From Candidatus Bathyarchaeota archaeon (GTDB lineage: Archaea; Thermoproteota; Bathyarchaeia; Bathyarchaeales; Bathycorpusculaceae), in the NCBI GenBank assembly GCA_963826715.1, contig CAWGYA010000005.1, forward strand, positions 64,001 to 128,000: a stretch of DNA of 64,000 nucleotides. Direction: 5' to 3'. Under the pieces are notes generated by a model that was given only the letters and a program-made list of their open reading frames with translations, was not told the origin of the DNA and searched no databases. Position numbers and translations under genes: made by a program. Below, in pieces: positions 18,892 through 29,857 of the stretch (position 1 is the first letter of the stretch; every line of letters starts with the position of its first letter).

Positions 18892-21800
18892 CTATAGTGT
18901 AATCTGGAAGTTCTTTTTGCCGGCATTATTTGCTTTGGGAATTGTTATTTTGAATTTTACTCCTTCACCGGATTTACCTTCTTCAGAAATTGTCCAACCG
19001 TAGACGTCCATCATTTTCCTGATCAGATTAAGTCCAAGGCCACTACCTTTTCCAGTTGTAAAACCAGCTTCAAAAAGTTTACACTTATTTTCATCAGGTA
19101 CCCCAACACCGTCATCCTCATAGAACAAATTCATTTCATTATTTTCTAAAGAATAATGCAATCGAATCTTGGTTACTTTTTCACCATGCTCAAAAGAGTT
19201 ATCTAGAAAATTATAAAAAAGCTGCTTCAAAAGCGAATCAGCCACAACTACAACCCCTTGACAATCATTAACAATTTTTACACTAACATTTAGAGGCAGA
19301 AGATTGCAAGCCTGATTAAAACAGAAATAAACGTTCTCTTCAGAAGGCTTCTCAACCCCAACACGCTCATAAAGACGACTAAAATCAAAAATCGCATCAG
19401 ATGAAGTAAGTGCTAAATCAATACTTTCAAGATACTTTACTAACCCGGGGTTATCTCCAATGCGTTTCTTTAGTAGAAAGAAATTTGCTTTTACAACCAT
19501 TAGTTTGTTGGCAACATCATGCCGAGTTAAACTACCGACAACACGCAACTTTTCATTAAGTAACTTTAGATTTTTCTTTTGGTTCTCAATTTCTGTAATT
19601 TTCAAACTGTTGTTAAGAGCCAAAGCTGCATACTCCCCAAATCCCTCCCCAAGTAAAGCATCTCTCTCAGTGAAATCAGATGGCTTGTTCGAAAGACCTA
19701 TAAGACCAACCGTTTTGCCACTAATGACTAAAGGAACAAACATTACATTCTTAATTTTAGAGTGACCTTTAGGCATAAACTGCATCCAATCGCTCATGCA
19801 AAAATCGTTTTCATAAATTACCCTGTTTGTTTTACGAGCAATTTCTATCAATTCATTAATGGGCATAGGTAAAGTTGGGCTGGAATGACTTAATCCCTCT
19901 GAATTTAAAAACAAAACCTTATTTTCCGAATCGGCCTCTGATAAAATACTAACGAATCCTACAGTTGCCCCTATCAAATTCTTACAGTCCTCAAAAATCT
20001 TTTGAGCGACAATATCAAACTCCTCATTATTTAGAATAGTTCTCGTACTATTGAGAAAGGCAGTGATTTCTTTTTCCCGAGTTTCAGTTTCTAATAATGT
20101 TTGATGAAATTTGATTTCAGCTTTCTTTTTTGCTGTGATATCTTCACATGCGCCAATAATCCTATGAACTGATGAGTTTATATCATCTAAATCAGCACGT
20201 GAACAAATCTTGAGCCACTTTGTTGAACCATCCCCTCGGACAATTCTTAACTCACAATTAGTTGATTCCCCTGGTTTTAAGCCAACAACTTTTTCTTCAA
20301 AAATCGATAAATCCTCTATATTAACAAGATGTTTCCAACATCCTTGTTTCTTAAAATCTTCAAATGAACAACCAAATATTTTTTCTACAGATCCAACCAT
20401 CCAATCGATCTTAAAATTATTTCCATCAGATTTCACACATGAAAATACAACATCTGCCATCATTTCCGAAATGGCTCTATATTTCGCCTCACTTATTTTC
20501 AAGGAATTTTCTATTTTTTTGCGTTCGGTTATTGGTACTGCAAGTTCAAGGGCAGCAATGGTAACTCCATTTGAGTTTTTGAGTGGCGTTACTCTTAATT
20601 CAATCCAGCTAGCTTCGCCTTTAGGGTTTACCACTTTGTATTCGCGAACATCAAGGGGGCTATCATTTTGAAAAATTTCTTCTACCCCACAATCGGGACA
20701 TACAATTCCAAGATAGTTAAAAGTTTCATAACATTTTTTGTTGGGTGCAACACCTAAACTCATCAAACGCTTGTTAGCCCAAACAACTTGGTAATCCTTA
20801 TCTATAACAGCTAATCCAGCATCAACACCTTCCCCAACCCGTTCAAGAATTTCATTGTAATTTTTCAGCTGGGCTTCAACTTTTTTGCGCTCAGAAATGT
20901 TTCTGGCGATGCTTAGGATTGCTTTTTTTCCCCTATAGATTATGAGGCTAGAACTAATTTCAACTGGAATTTCCTGACCATTTTTTGTGGTATGAAATGT
21001 TTCAAAAGTCTGAAAATCAACATAATTCAAATTTTTGATGAGATTTTCAATTTGAACTGGTTTTAGATAAGTATCAATTTCATTAACACTCATTTTTAGT
21101 AACTCTTGATTTGAATAACCAAGAGTTTTAGCTGCAGCAGCATTAATGTCTACAAAATTTCCGTTGAAATCGATAACCCAAGCCGAATCAGTCATCCCAT
21201 CAATCAAATTTCTATAATTGGATTCGCTTTCTCTAAGGCTCTTTTCAAGCCTCCGGCGTTCACTAATATCCGTAAAAACTGTTGCAAATTTGTTCTTTTC
21301 TGAAGAAAAAACAGAGATACTGAAATCCTTTTTGATCGGGGAAAAATAAGTTTCAAAATAAGCAGGTTCTCTGTTTTGAGCAACTCTCGAATATACTTCG
21401 ATATAAGGTGCATCATTTGAACCGTAAACTTCGGAGGCTTTTTTCCCAATAACTTCTTTTCTCTTTAACCCTAAAATCGACTCATAAGCTTTATTCACGT
21501 CTAAAATTATGTAATCAACAGCTTTTCCAAACTCATCAAAAACCAATTCGTGAAGACAAAACCCTTCATTCATCGTTGAAAACAACGATTGGAAACGAGT
21601 TTCTGTTTCTCTCAACAATTTTTCATTATTTTTCCTGTTTACATTTTGTGTTATACAGTGGGATAGTTCTCCATAGACTGTTTCGGGGTTACCTTGCTTG
21701 TTAATGTAACCGTCAGCGCCAAGGTTCAAAGCTCTTATAGCAACTTCTTCTCTGCCCTTACCAGTGAACAAGATGAATGGGATCTTATTGTTTTGTTGAC

Positions 21801-22080
21801 GGAGCGCTTTTAGAAGCTGTAAACCGTCTTTTTGCGGCATTTCATAATCACAAACCACAACATCGTATTCCCCCATCTCTATTTTGGTAAAACCCTCATC
21901 AACATTACATGCATTATCGATTTCGAAGTGATCGTCCAAATCTAAAAGCATTAACTTTGCTATCTCTTGTAATGATTTATCATCGTCAACATGTAAAACT
22001 CGAATTTCACTTTTTTTATTTCGAGTTCCTAACTCGGCTAACTCTGTAACTTTGATATTCTGATTGAGGGTTTGTATCAG
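18892..22080 (-). CDS. Hybrid sensor kinase REC-(PAS)4-GAF-HATPase
   Basis: CDYEMP and FTGKGREE receiver, PAS repeats, GAF, RHDVANKL H-box, YEDDGVG, GSGLGL. IRVLHVDDD lies upstream of ATG 21951, so a CTG start at 22080 is proposed. Confidence 0.85.
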   Translation of the reverse strand: MIQTLNQNIKVTELAELGTRNKKSEIRVLHVDDDKSLQEIAKLMLLDLDDHFEIDNACNVDEGFTKIEMGEYDVVVCDYEMPQKDGLQLLKALRQQNNKIPFILFTGKGREEVAIRALNLGADGYINKQGNPETVYGELSHCITQNVNRKNNEKLLRETETRFQSLFSTMNEGFCLHELVFDEFGKAVDYIILDVNKAYESILGLKRKEVIGKKASEVYGSNDAPYIEVYSRVAQNREPAYFETYFSPIKKDFSISVFSSEKNKFATVFTDISERRRLEKSLRESESNYRNLIDGMTDSAWVIDFNGNFVDINAAAAKTLGYSNQELLKMSVNEIDTYLKPVQIENLIKNLNYVDFQTFETFHTTKNGQEIPVEISSSLIIYRGKKAILSIARNISERKKVEAQLKNYNEILERVGEGVDAGLAVIDKDYQVVWANKRLMSLGVAPNKKCYETFNYLGIVCPDCGVEEIFQNDSPLDVREYKVVNPKGEASWIELRVTPLKNSNGVTIAALELAVPITERKKIENSLKISEAKYRAISEMMADVVFSCVKSDGNNFKIDWMVGSVEKIFGCSFEDFKKQGCWKHLVNIEDLSIFEEKVVGLKPGESTNCELRIVRGDGSTKWLKICSRADLDDINSSVHRIIGACEDITAKKKAEIKFHQTLLETETREKEITAFLNSTRTILNNEEFDIVAQKIFEDCKNLIGATVGFVSILSEADSENKVLFLNSEGLSHSSPTLPMPINELIEIARKTNRVIYENDFCMSDWMQFMPKGHSKIKNVMFVPLVISGKTVGLIGLSNKPSDFTERDALLGEGFGEYAALALNNSLKITEIENQKKNLKLLNEKLRVVGSLTRHDVANKLMVVKANFFLLKKRIGDNPGLVKYLESIDLALTSSDAIFDFSRLYERVGVEKPSEENVYFCFNQACNLLPLNVSVKIVNDCQGVVVVADSLLKQLFYNFLDNSFEHGEKVTKIRLHYSLENNEMNLFYEDDGVGVPDENKCKLFEAGFTTGKGSGLGLNLIRKMMDVYGWTISEEGKSGEGVKFKITIPKANNAGKKNFQITL

Positions 22081-22217
22081 TAATACCCCGTAACTTAATC
22101 AATTATCGTAAATGATAATAAATTACTTATGAATCTAGAATACTTAGCACAAACAAACGTGGCTAAAAATGAATTGTAATTCGGCAAACCTGAGTTTTTA
22201 GGCAAAACACACTGTAC

Positions 22218-24878
22218 TTAAGAGATTTGATAGCTTTCTTTTCCATTCTTACTCAATTTCGGTACAGTTATACTGAATCTGACGCCTTCACCTGGCTTAC
22301 CATTCTCTTCTATTGCCCAACCATAAACATCCATCATCTTTTTAGTCAAAAACAACCCAAAACCTGTGCTGCCGCCTGTGCTAAAACCTTCCTTGAATAG
22401 ATTCAACTTATTCTCAGAAGAAATTCCAACACCATCATCTTCATAGATTAATTTCAGACTATCTTGGTTCGTTTTCTCGTAATATATCCTTATTGATGTG
22501 GTAGTTTGTCCATACTTTCTGGTATTGTCAATAAAATTGTAGAATAACTGCCTAAGAAAAGAATCCGCCATCAACTTTAATCCACCACAATTATTAACAA
22601 CTTTGATGGACAATCCAGAAAAAAGCTCAACAGCCTCATTGATAGCTTTCTCAACATCAATATACTTTAGTTCCTCAACACCTATCTGCTCATACATTTT
22701 GGCGAAATCAAAAATCCGCATAGAATCTTTAACAGATTGTTCCATTTTACTTAATCCCTCAACAACATCGATTTGATCGGGATGTTTCTTCTTAAGCAAA
22801 TAAGCATATCCCGTAACGGTTGAGAGTTTATTGCGAACATCATGTCTAGTCAGACTACCGACTACACGCAACTTCTCATTCATTAACTCAATTCTTTGAC
22901 TACTTTCCTTTAGTTTTTCCTCATTCTTTTTACGCTCAGTAATATCAACAAAGAACGCCACTGTAGAAACAAACTTTCCATCTTTATAAATGGGACAAGC
23001 ATTGCCGCTTACCACAATTTCTTTTCCGGTCTTAGAAACAAAAACAGTTTCAACATCCCGAACACACACTCCCGTCATGACTTGACCAAAAACATCCATG
23101 CAAAACTGAAAATGATCTTTTCGAACAACATTATTTATAGTAATTTTTTCTAGATCATCTGAGGTATACCCCATCACTTTTTTCCATTCTTCATTCACAA
23201 AAACTAACTTTCCCTCTTTGTCAACGGATTGAACTAGTACATTCGTTGCTGAAAGCAAAGATCTATGCTTTTCTTCAGCCTCTCTAAGTCTATCCTCTGC
23301 TGCTTTACGCTCAGTTATGTCTCTAACTGTGGCTTGCAGAATGTTTCGATTCTTCAAAGTGATCCTTGATAGAAGTACCTCAGCTGGAAAAGTGGTTCCA
23401 TCCATCCGTTTATGGACCCAAAAGAAATTTTCTTTCCCAGACCATAAGGCCTTCATAATATGATTTTTAGCTGATTCAAGTGAAGGTGAACCATCAGGCT
23501 GCAAAGTCGGCGATAAGTCTGCAGGATGCTTCAATATGAATTCATTAACTGATTTAACCCCGAATAACCGAAGAGTTTCGGCGTTACAGTCAATAAACGA
23601 TTTTTCGTCAAGAAGCATTAAAGCATCCATCGATGACTCAAAGGTGATTTCATATTTTTCTTGAGTTTCACGTATCTTCTCTTCAGTAGCCTTGCGCTCT
23701 GAGATATCCCTAGCTACACTGAGGATCATTTTTGTCCCAAATGACTCAATTACTTGAGCATGAATCTCAACTGGCATAACTTTGTTATCTTTACACAAAT
23801 TTTCCGACTCAAATATCGCCTCACCTTTTTCAAGCAAATCCTTCATTCTGTCCCCAAAAAATCTTGGTTTATCAGGAACCTCTAAGTCCTTAACGGTCAA
23901 CGATTGAAATTCCGCTTCAGTGTAACCCCTAGATCTGTAAGCTGCTTGGTTAAAATAGACGAGTTTTCCATCCAAATCATGGACCAAAATTGAGTCTGAA
24001 GCCGACTCGAAAAGATTAGCGGCAATTTGAAGCTCCGTTTCAGCCAACTTTATTTTAGTCATATCTTTTGCAATGTGGACAACTTGTGCAATTTCGTCCT
24101 GATCATCTAAAATTGGCGATGTAGTCACCAAAAACGGTTTTCCTAAGTGCGGATCGTTTATTTCCTCAGTAACAATTTGTTTGGTTCTAAAGGTCTGGGT
24201 TGCCGGACAATTTCCCCAGGGCGTCTTAGTTCCATGAACAATTTCATAACAAGGCTTGCCGACCAATTCCTCAGGCTTCTTGTTAAATGCCTCACACGTA
24301 GCTTTGTTAACCATAGTAATGATTCTATTTTTGTCAATCACAAACAGTAAATCGCCAATACCGTTAATGATTTCTCGAATTTCATTCGCTTTTATTTTTT
24401 CTGTTCTTTCTCGGATTCTTCTTTCCGTTATATCGCGTTCAATATGAACAACTTGAACTATTTTTCCGTCTTTATCTTCAATGGGATGTACAGTAACTTC
24501 AACATCAATTGTTAGATTTTTTTGATTAAAATGTTTATGCTCAACTGTAACAGAACTTTTTGTCTTTAGCATTTCCTGAATCGGGCAAACATCATTTGGA
24601 GGGATGCATGGGGTTGACCTATGATGTGTTGCTTCATAGCAAGGTTTGCCAATTAAGTGTTCTTTATCTGACTTCAGTTCCTTTAGTGCTGCTTCATTGG
24701 CACTTAGTATTTTATAATTTTTTGAATCAATTACTAAAATAGCATCGCTAATTGAGTTAAGAATTTTTTTAGTAGCAATCTTCTGAAACTCAAGACCTTC
24801 TTCCTTATTTGCAGTCGTTAAAGTTAATTCCAGCAATTCTGAGTCTTTCATCAAATTACTTACGTGAGACTTAGTCAT
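22218..24878 (-). CDS. Multi-PAS sensor histidine kinase
   Basis: Five PAS/PAC repeats, RHDVRNKL, YEDDGVG, STGFGL. Confidence 0.9.
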   Translation of the reverse strand: MTKSHVSNLMKDSELLELTLTTANKEEGLEFQKIATKKILNSISDAILVIDSKNYKILSANEAALKELKSDKEHLIGKPCYEATHHRSTPCIPPNDVCPIQEMLKTKSSVTVEHKHFNQKNLTIDVEVTVHPIEDKDGKIVQVVHIERDITERRIRERTEKIKANEIREIINGIGDLLFVIDKNRIITMVNKATCEAFNKKPEELVGKPCYEIVHGTKTPWGNCPATQTFRTKQIVTEEINDPHLGKPFLVTTSPILDDQDEIAQVVHIAKDMTKIKLAETELQIAANLFESASDSILVHDLDGKLVYFNQAAYRSRGYTEAEFQSLTVKDLEVPDKPRFFGDRMKDLLEKGEAIFESENLCKDNKVMPVEIHAQVIESFGTKMILSVARDISERKATEEKIRETQEKYEITFESSMDALMLLDEKSFIDCNAETLRLFGVKSVNEFILKHPADLSPTLQPDGSPSLESAKNHIMKALWSGKENFFWVHKRMDGTTFPAEVLLSRITLKNRNILQATVRDITERKAAEDRLREAEEKHRSLLSATNVLVQSVDKEGKLVFVNEEWKKVMGYTSDDLEKITINNVVRKDHFQFCMDVFGQVMTGVCVRDVETVFVSKTGKEIVVSGNACPIYKDGKFVSTVAFFVDITERKKNEEKLKESSQRIELMNEKLRVVGSLTRHDVRNKLSTVTGYAYLLKKKHPDQIDVVEGLSKMEQSVKDSMRIFDFAKMYEQIGVEELKYIDVEKAINEAVELFSGLSIKVVNNCGGLKLMADSFLRQLFYNFIDNTRKYGQTTTSIRIYYEKTNQDSLKLIYEDDGVGISSENKLNLFKEGFSTGGSTGFGLFLTKKMMDVYGWAIEENGKPGEGVRFSITVPKLSKNGKESYQIS

Positions 24879-25160
24879 CCGCTCTCCTCGTTACATGGGC
24901 TTTTCGATTTTATAGTTATTGTGAATGTTGTTCTCTTACACCAAACTAAAAATGAACAAAGTTATTAATGATGTTTATGAATCCAGAATTCTTTTTGTAT
25001 TTTATTATTCAAAAATAGAAATAAAATACAAAATAGTTATTCCTGCAATTAATAAAATTAAAAGACCCGCTGAGAATTTTTGTTGTTCTAAATTGTAACA
25101 ACACTACTTCTTATTCAACGATGACCTTGAATTCTTGTAAAGCATTTAAAAGTGACTTTT

Positions 25161-25313
25161 ATGTGCAAATGTCCTAGATGCGATAATGAGGTCGCGACGC
25201 CCGACAAAAAACTTGAGAATTCAGTTTTTAGTGTATATGCTTTTACTTGCTTAAACTGCGGAAACCTTTTCACAACAAAACATTACGTTTCTTTTGGAAA
25301 ACAAATTAGTTAA
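25161..25313 (+). CDS. Small zinc-ribbon protein (50 aa)
   Basis: MCKCPRCDNEVATPDKKLENSVFSVYAFTCLNCGNLFTTKHYVSFGKQIS; two CxxC pairs; TTTAAA TATA-like box upstream. Confidence 0.65.
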   Translation: MCKCPRCDNEVATPDKKLENSVFSVYAFTCLNCGNLFTTKHYVSFGKQIS

Positions 25314-25506
25314 ACAATGCATAATTACTGTCAAATATTTTCCCCTATATCAAAGTCAAACGCCAAATTATTTTGCTGCGAATTCGATCAAGCTACTTTG
25401 GCAACGTATTATTTCTACATGAAAACCTCAGTTGTTCTGACCGGTTGAAAAATTAATGTTCCATTAACTAAAAAATATTTTCAAGTGAGCTATCAGTATT
25501 GATACT

Positions 25507-25836
25507 TCAAAGTGTCTCTTTGCTCTTGGTTTTAGTCAAAACTTGTGTAGTTAAAAAGTTCAGGATTCGCTCAGCCTCAAGATCGGCTATACCTTCATTT
25601 TCAGCTTCAGTTTTAGAGCAATCCTTCTCAATTTTTCTATGAGTTTCAACATGAGCCTCTATAGCTTTGCTCATAGCTTTTAAGTCAGGTAACAATGGGA
25701 TTTCCAATCCGCAATCGCATTTAATTATTGGCTTGTCCCCTTTTTTTGAATCGATTTTCTTAAAATCTTCCATCGCAGCATTTTTTTCAAATCTATTTTC
25801 TCGGGTTTGCATACCTTTATCCCATTTATTTAACAT
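25507..25836 (-). CDS. Hypothetical protein with CxC..HxxxH motif
   Basis: IKCDCGLEIPLLPDLKAMSKAIEAHVETH. Confidence 0.6.
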   Translation of the reverse strand: MLNKWDKGMQTRENRFEKNAAMEDFKKIDSKKGDKPIIKCDCGLEIPLLPDLKAMSKAIEAHVETHRKIEKDCSKTEAENEGIADLEAERILNFLTTQVLTKTKSKETL

Positions 25837-25964
25837 AAACGAAAATTCGTTGATCTATTAGCCATATTTCTATCTATAATAAAAAGACATGTTGGCTATA
25901 TCCAGATACAACAAATATACACACAAAAGGGCATAGTGTTAGGGCACAGCAGTTAACCCGCTTT

Positions 25965-26747
25965 TCACTTTTTTCTTAGGCGAGTAGCGACAACTACCGC
26001 TAATATAGCAATGGCTACAAGGATACTGCCTATCTCAGTTAATACAACGACAGTTTGATTAGTGCTGTGATTAACGCCGATACCAACAAACGCCCAGATA
26101 ACCACCAATGCATAAGCAACATCTTTTCGAGTACCTAGTACCAGCATCGTTAAGGTCAATGCTACGGCAGCAACTATTATTGTCCAAACTTCAGGGCTGA
26201 TTCCAAAACCACTCCAATTGTAAGCAGTTAAAGTTACAGCTACATCAGCTATTGACGCAATAGTTATCCAACCCAAATAAACACTAAACGGAAGGTGAAC
26301 TGCAATTTTCTCACTAATCTTAACCGTGGCCTTGCCAATGTTTAGACGCAAATAAATTGCTATTAAAGATATCAATAGAGCAAAGATCAGAACAACAGAA
26401 AGAACTAAGCTTTCAAACTGCCAAACAAAAATCCAAGCAATATTTATCAAACTGCTGATAACAAATAACCAGCCTATTTTCCGATGATAATCGCCACCGT
26501 TTTTTCTTGGTAATGCTTGGTAAATCACAAATACACCCAGAAGGATGTAGATGATTCCCCAAATCGAAAACACGTAACCAGCAGGCGTAATGAGAGTGGG
26601 GTATGTGTTTGAAACTGTTGCCGTATTTCGACCGCCAATAAGAGTTGTGCTACCTGCAATACTATTTATTATGACCATAAGAATGTATAAAATTATATTG
26701 GAATACCTGAGGATAGCTGGATTACTTTTTTGCACAAGAATCAACAA
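25965..26747 (-). CDS. TspO/MBR-related tryptophan-rich membrane protein
   Basis: ITPAGYVFSIWGIIY, NIAWIFVW, PFSVYLGWITIA. Confidence 0.85.
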   Translation of the reverse strand: MLILVQKSNPAILRYSNIILYILMVIINSIAGSTTLIGGRNTATVSNTYPTLITPAGYVFSIWGIIYILLGVFVIYQALPRKNGGDYHRKIGWLFVISSLINIAWIFVWQFESLVLSVVLIFALLISLIAIYLRLNIGKATVKISEKIAVHLPFSVYLGWITIASIADVAVTLTAYNWSGFGISPEVWTIIVAAVALTLTMLVLGTRKDVAYALVVIWAFVGIGVNHSTNQTVVVLTEIGSILVAIAILAVVVATRLRKK

Positions 26748-26941
26748 GATTACTTGGTTAATATTAGTATATAAAATAATCGAAACTTGGCAAGTTACAT
26801 TTTATAGATAACTATTTTTAAAATATTCTGTATCAATTCAACACTGCAAATTGTTGTTGAATTAAAATTGTTACTCAACATATTTTTAATGGTTCAGTAT
26901 TTTAACTGAAAATGCCTCTCTAATATTTACTTAGAAACTAC

Positions 26942-27454
26942 TTACATAATAATCTCAATCGCAACTTCATTTCTTCTCAAAAAGCTCGGAATAAAAGGCG
27001 GATTGTAGAGCATAGAAAAAACTTCTCCTTTGGTTTTTGTTCTTGCTCTATCTAACACTTCTAACAACTCTTTTGTCTCTTTTTCAAAATGATTTTCAGA
27101 CCAACTCCCTGAGAATTTTAAAACAGCCACTGTTCTAGATGGAATTTCTGATATTCTTACCCTATCATCAGTTGGTTCTGGCGTAGCTTCTAGCGTAAAA
27201 TCTGCGGGCATTACAAACGAAAGTACACCTGTTTCTGAAAACACAGGCGACGTCATGGCTATTTTTTGAGAAACTACAGGTGTTGTCATCTTTACTTTTT
27301 CTTTTTGCCTATTTGCTCCAGTTATGAAATTATAAAGCAAGCTAAAAGCATCTGCATTTGGGTCATCAACATACGCAACGATAATCTTGGGATACTTACG
27401 TATTTCGACATTTTCTATTTTACCCATGACCTCATATTTTATGGTTTCAACCAC
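26942..27454 (-). CDS. SOUL heme-binding protein
   Basis: EIRKYP, AFSLLYNFITGAN, IAMTSPV, YNPPFIPSFLRRNEV. Confidence 0.9.
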   Translation of the reverse strand: MVETIKYEVMGKIENVEIRKYPKIIVAYVDDPNADAFSLLYNFITGANRQKEKVKMTTPVVSQKIAMTSPVFSETGVLSFVMPADFTLEATPEPTDDRVRISEIPSRTVAVLKFSGSWSENHFEKETKELLEVLDRARTKTKGEVFSMLYNPPFIPSFLRRNEVAIEIIM

Positions 27455-27520
27455 TAAATCAACTCTTCTGAATTTTTCGTTTGATAAAAATAAAAAAATA
27501 TTGGGTTTACTGTTTTTGCT

Positions 27521-27955
27521 TTACTTTGGCAATAGAACCTTGTCTATAACGTGAATTACACCATTATCAGCCTTAACATCAGCTGTTACTATGTTCGCGT
27601 CGTTGATTTTTACTGATTTGTGTAGATGCCACTTTGCAGCATCAATGTTCAGATCTTGACCCTGAAGTGTTGTAATGTGTTTGTGAACGATGACGTCTGC
27701 TGCTGGAACGGCTCCCTCAACCACATGAAATTTTAAGATTTCGGTAAGTTTGGGTATGTCATTGAGTAAGCCATCTACCGTTCCCGGGGGAAGTTTGGCA
27801 AAGGCTTCATCAGTTGGAGCAAAAACTGTGTATGGCCCTTTGGTGTTTAAAGTCTGGGTTAATCCTGCTGCTTCAGTAGCGGCTACAAGTGTTTTAAAAT
27901 TGCCCGCAGCTGCTGCTGTATCACATAATCCTGGTATTTTCTTCACCTCCTTCAA
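27521..27955 (-). CDS. Fasciclin (FAS1) domain protein
   Basis: GPYTVFAPTDEAF and NGVIHVIDKVLLP. Confidence 0.92.
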   Translation of the reverse strand: MKEVKKIPGLCDTAAAAGNFKTLVAATEAAGLTQTLNTKGPYTVFAPTDEAFAKLPPGTVDGLLNDIPKLTEILKFHVVEGAVPAADVIVHKHITTLQGQDLNIDAAKWHLHKSVKINDANIVTADVKADNGVIHVIDKVLLPK

Positions 27956-28173
27956 AAAAAGAAAATATTTTACATACTATACTTTGTGGAAAGTAAGGTA
28001 TAAGTTTTGTTGTTTTTTATACAAAACAAGAATGCTATGTATTTTGAATCTAATTCTAATTTGTAATTTAGCAGTAATAAGGGTCAGCAAATTTTTACCT
28101 AAAGAAAGCCAGAACAATCTTAGAAAACGATATTAACAGTTAAATACTCTTTTTTAAAACAGGGAAATACAAT

Positions 28174-28416
28174 TTGAAAAAAGGTAAGCTTGAAGAAATT
28201 CTGGTAGATCCATATCTGCCTAACAAAATCGTTCCTCCGGAATACATAAGAGACGTAATTAACGAAGCAAGCAACGATTTTCCAAAATTAGATTTTGACT
28301 ATGAACTTCCACATAAATGGCGAACAGAGGAATATCAAGGAAAATATGAGGAACTTGAAAGCCAAATTATTGAAATTCTTGCTTGGCGCGCACGCTGGTT
28401 AGGACAAACCAAATAA
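28174..28416 (+). CDS. Hypothetical protein
   Basis: 80 aa ORF, TTAAATA box upstream, T-rich tract downstream. Confidence 0.55.
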   Translation: MKKGKLEEILVDPYLPNKIVPPEYIRDVINEASNDFPKLDFDYELPHKWRTEEYQGKYEELESQIIEILAWRARWLGQTK

Positions 28417-28558
28417 CAACACCCCTTTTCCTCTTTAAAAACCATTTTTTGTTTTAATCAATAACAAAAATAGTGAATCATAAAATTATACTTCCTAAAA
28501 CCAAATCGGTCAGCGAGAAATCTTAACATTGTGATTATCAGCCTATAGGATTGTAACT

Positions 28559-29857
28559 TCACTTTTTATTATTTTCTTGGATGATTTTTCTTGCCACCCG
28601 TAGCGCCAACGCCGACGTAGTCAACATAGCAGGTAAACCCTGCGAACACGGCATCAATGATAGATCAGCCACCCAAAGACCTTGGGGTAGAGCGGATGGG
28701 TGCATTGTTTCCACGTCACCACTAGTCAAGGGAACGGTACCTCCGAGGTGCCCCCCGTGAATCAAACCATCCACAAAAGGACCCGAGACACCTGATGCTT
28801 CCATAATCTTTGTTGCCTCATCTCGGGCTTTACTAAGACTTTTATGGTCAGCTTGAGTTAATGTTTTGATTATTGTTCCGTCGGCTGTAACTGTCCCTTG
28901 TTCAGTGTCTGCCATTTTAATCATCATTCCGACCCTATCCTCTGCAGAGACGGATTTCCAGGGTTTATGGAACCAAAAAGATAACAAGTCAAAATAGGGC
29001 GATAGTATGTAACGATCCTGTTTTATGAACCAAGCCATGGGTGGCTCGTTAAGCATACGGGAGCCCTTTGCGATGCCCCCCACAGTGAGCACGACATCAA
29101 CCCACAAGCTATCCTTTGCTGGGAGATTAGATGATTTCAAGATTTGAGCAGTACCAGCACCACCAGCGGACAAAACAACTACATCAGCATTTATTTTCTC
29201 GGTTAATTTACCTCGAGAAACCAAAACCCCCGATGCTTTGCCGCCTTCAAACATGACTTTTTGTACTCTCATAATAGTTTGCAGCGTAATGCCTCTTCCT
29301 AAGTGATCTTGATAGATTCGACGACTATCCCATTTGGCTCTAGTCATGCATCCTAATTCACAGTAACCGCACCCATTGCATCTGCTTAAGTCGCAAACTT
29401 TAGGCGTAGGTTTGGGTATAAAGCCAAGTTGTACTGCTTTGTCAAACATGGTTTGGGTAAGAGGTCGCCACTTTTCTCTGGGGATGGGTGCAATCGTTAG
29501 GTTTTTCTCTATTTCCTCATATTCTGCAGTGAGGTCTAAACCGATTTCTTTCAGCCCCCTCTCTGCCCTAACCATGTTGCCACACGCGATAGAAGTGCAA
29601 CCCCCCTCTGTAACACCTCTAAAAATCGCTAAATCATGACTTGCACGAGTAACAGCGTAATGCGGAAACACACGTTTAATCGAGTTTTCATCTTTTAGTA
29701 ACCATGACCCCCTCAAGGAACTAAGCCAAGAAACTTTATGCGTCAGGGGCGTAAACGGTTTTCCAGCTTCAAGAATTGTTACCTCAAAGCCATTATTGGC
29801 AAGTTCTCGAGCAGCAGTTGCACCTCCAGCGCCGGACCCAACCACAATAGCTTTCAC
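28559..29857 (-). CDS. GMC-family FAD oxidoreductase with CxxCxxCxxxC motif
   Basis: AIVVGSGAGG, CNGCGYCELGC, VVLSAG, GGHLGGT, VADLS; GTG 29857 overlaps the upstream TGA. Confidence 0.85.
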   Translation of the reverse strand: MKAIVVGSGAGGATAARELANNGFEVTILEAGKPFTPLTHKVSWLSSLRGSWLLKDENSIKRVFPHYAVTRASHDLAIFRGVTEGGCTSIACGNMVRAERGLKEIGLDLTAEYEEIEKNLTIAPIPREKWRPLTQTMFDKAVQLGFIPKPTPKVCDLSRCNGCGYCELGCMTRAKWDSRRIYQDHLGRGITLQTIMRVQKVMFEGGKASGVLVSRGKLTEKINADVVVLSAGGAGTAQILKSSNLPAKDSLWVDVVLTVGGIAKGSRMLNEPPMAWFIKQDRYILSPYFDLLSFWFHKPWKSVSAEDRVGMMIKMADTEQGTVTADGTIIKTLTQADHKSLSKARDEATKIMEASGVSGPFVDGLIHGGHLGGTVPLTSGDVETMHPSALPQGLWVADLSLMPCSQGLPAMLTTSALALRVARKIIQENNKK

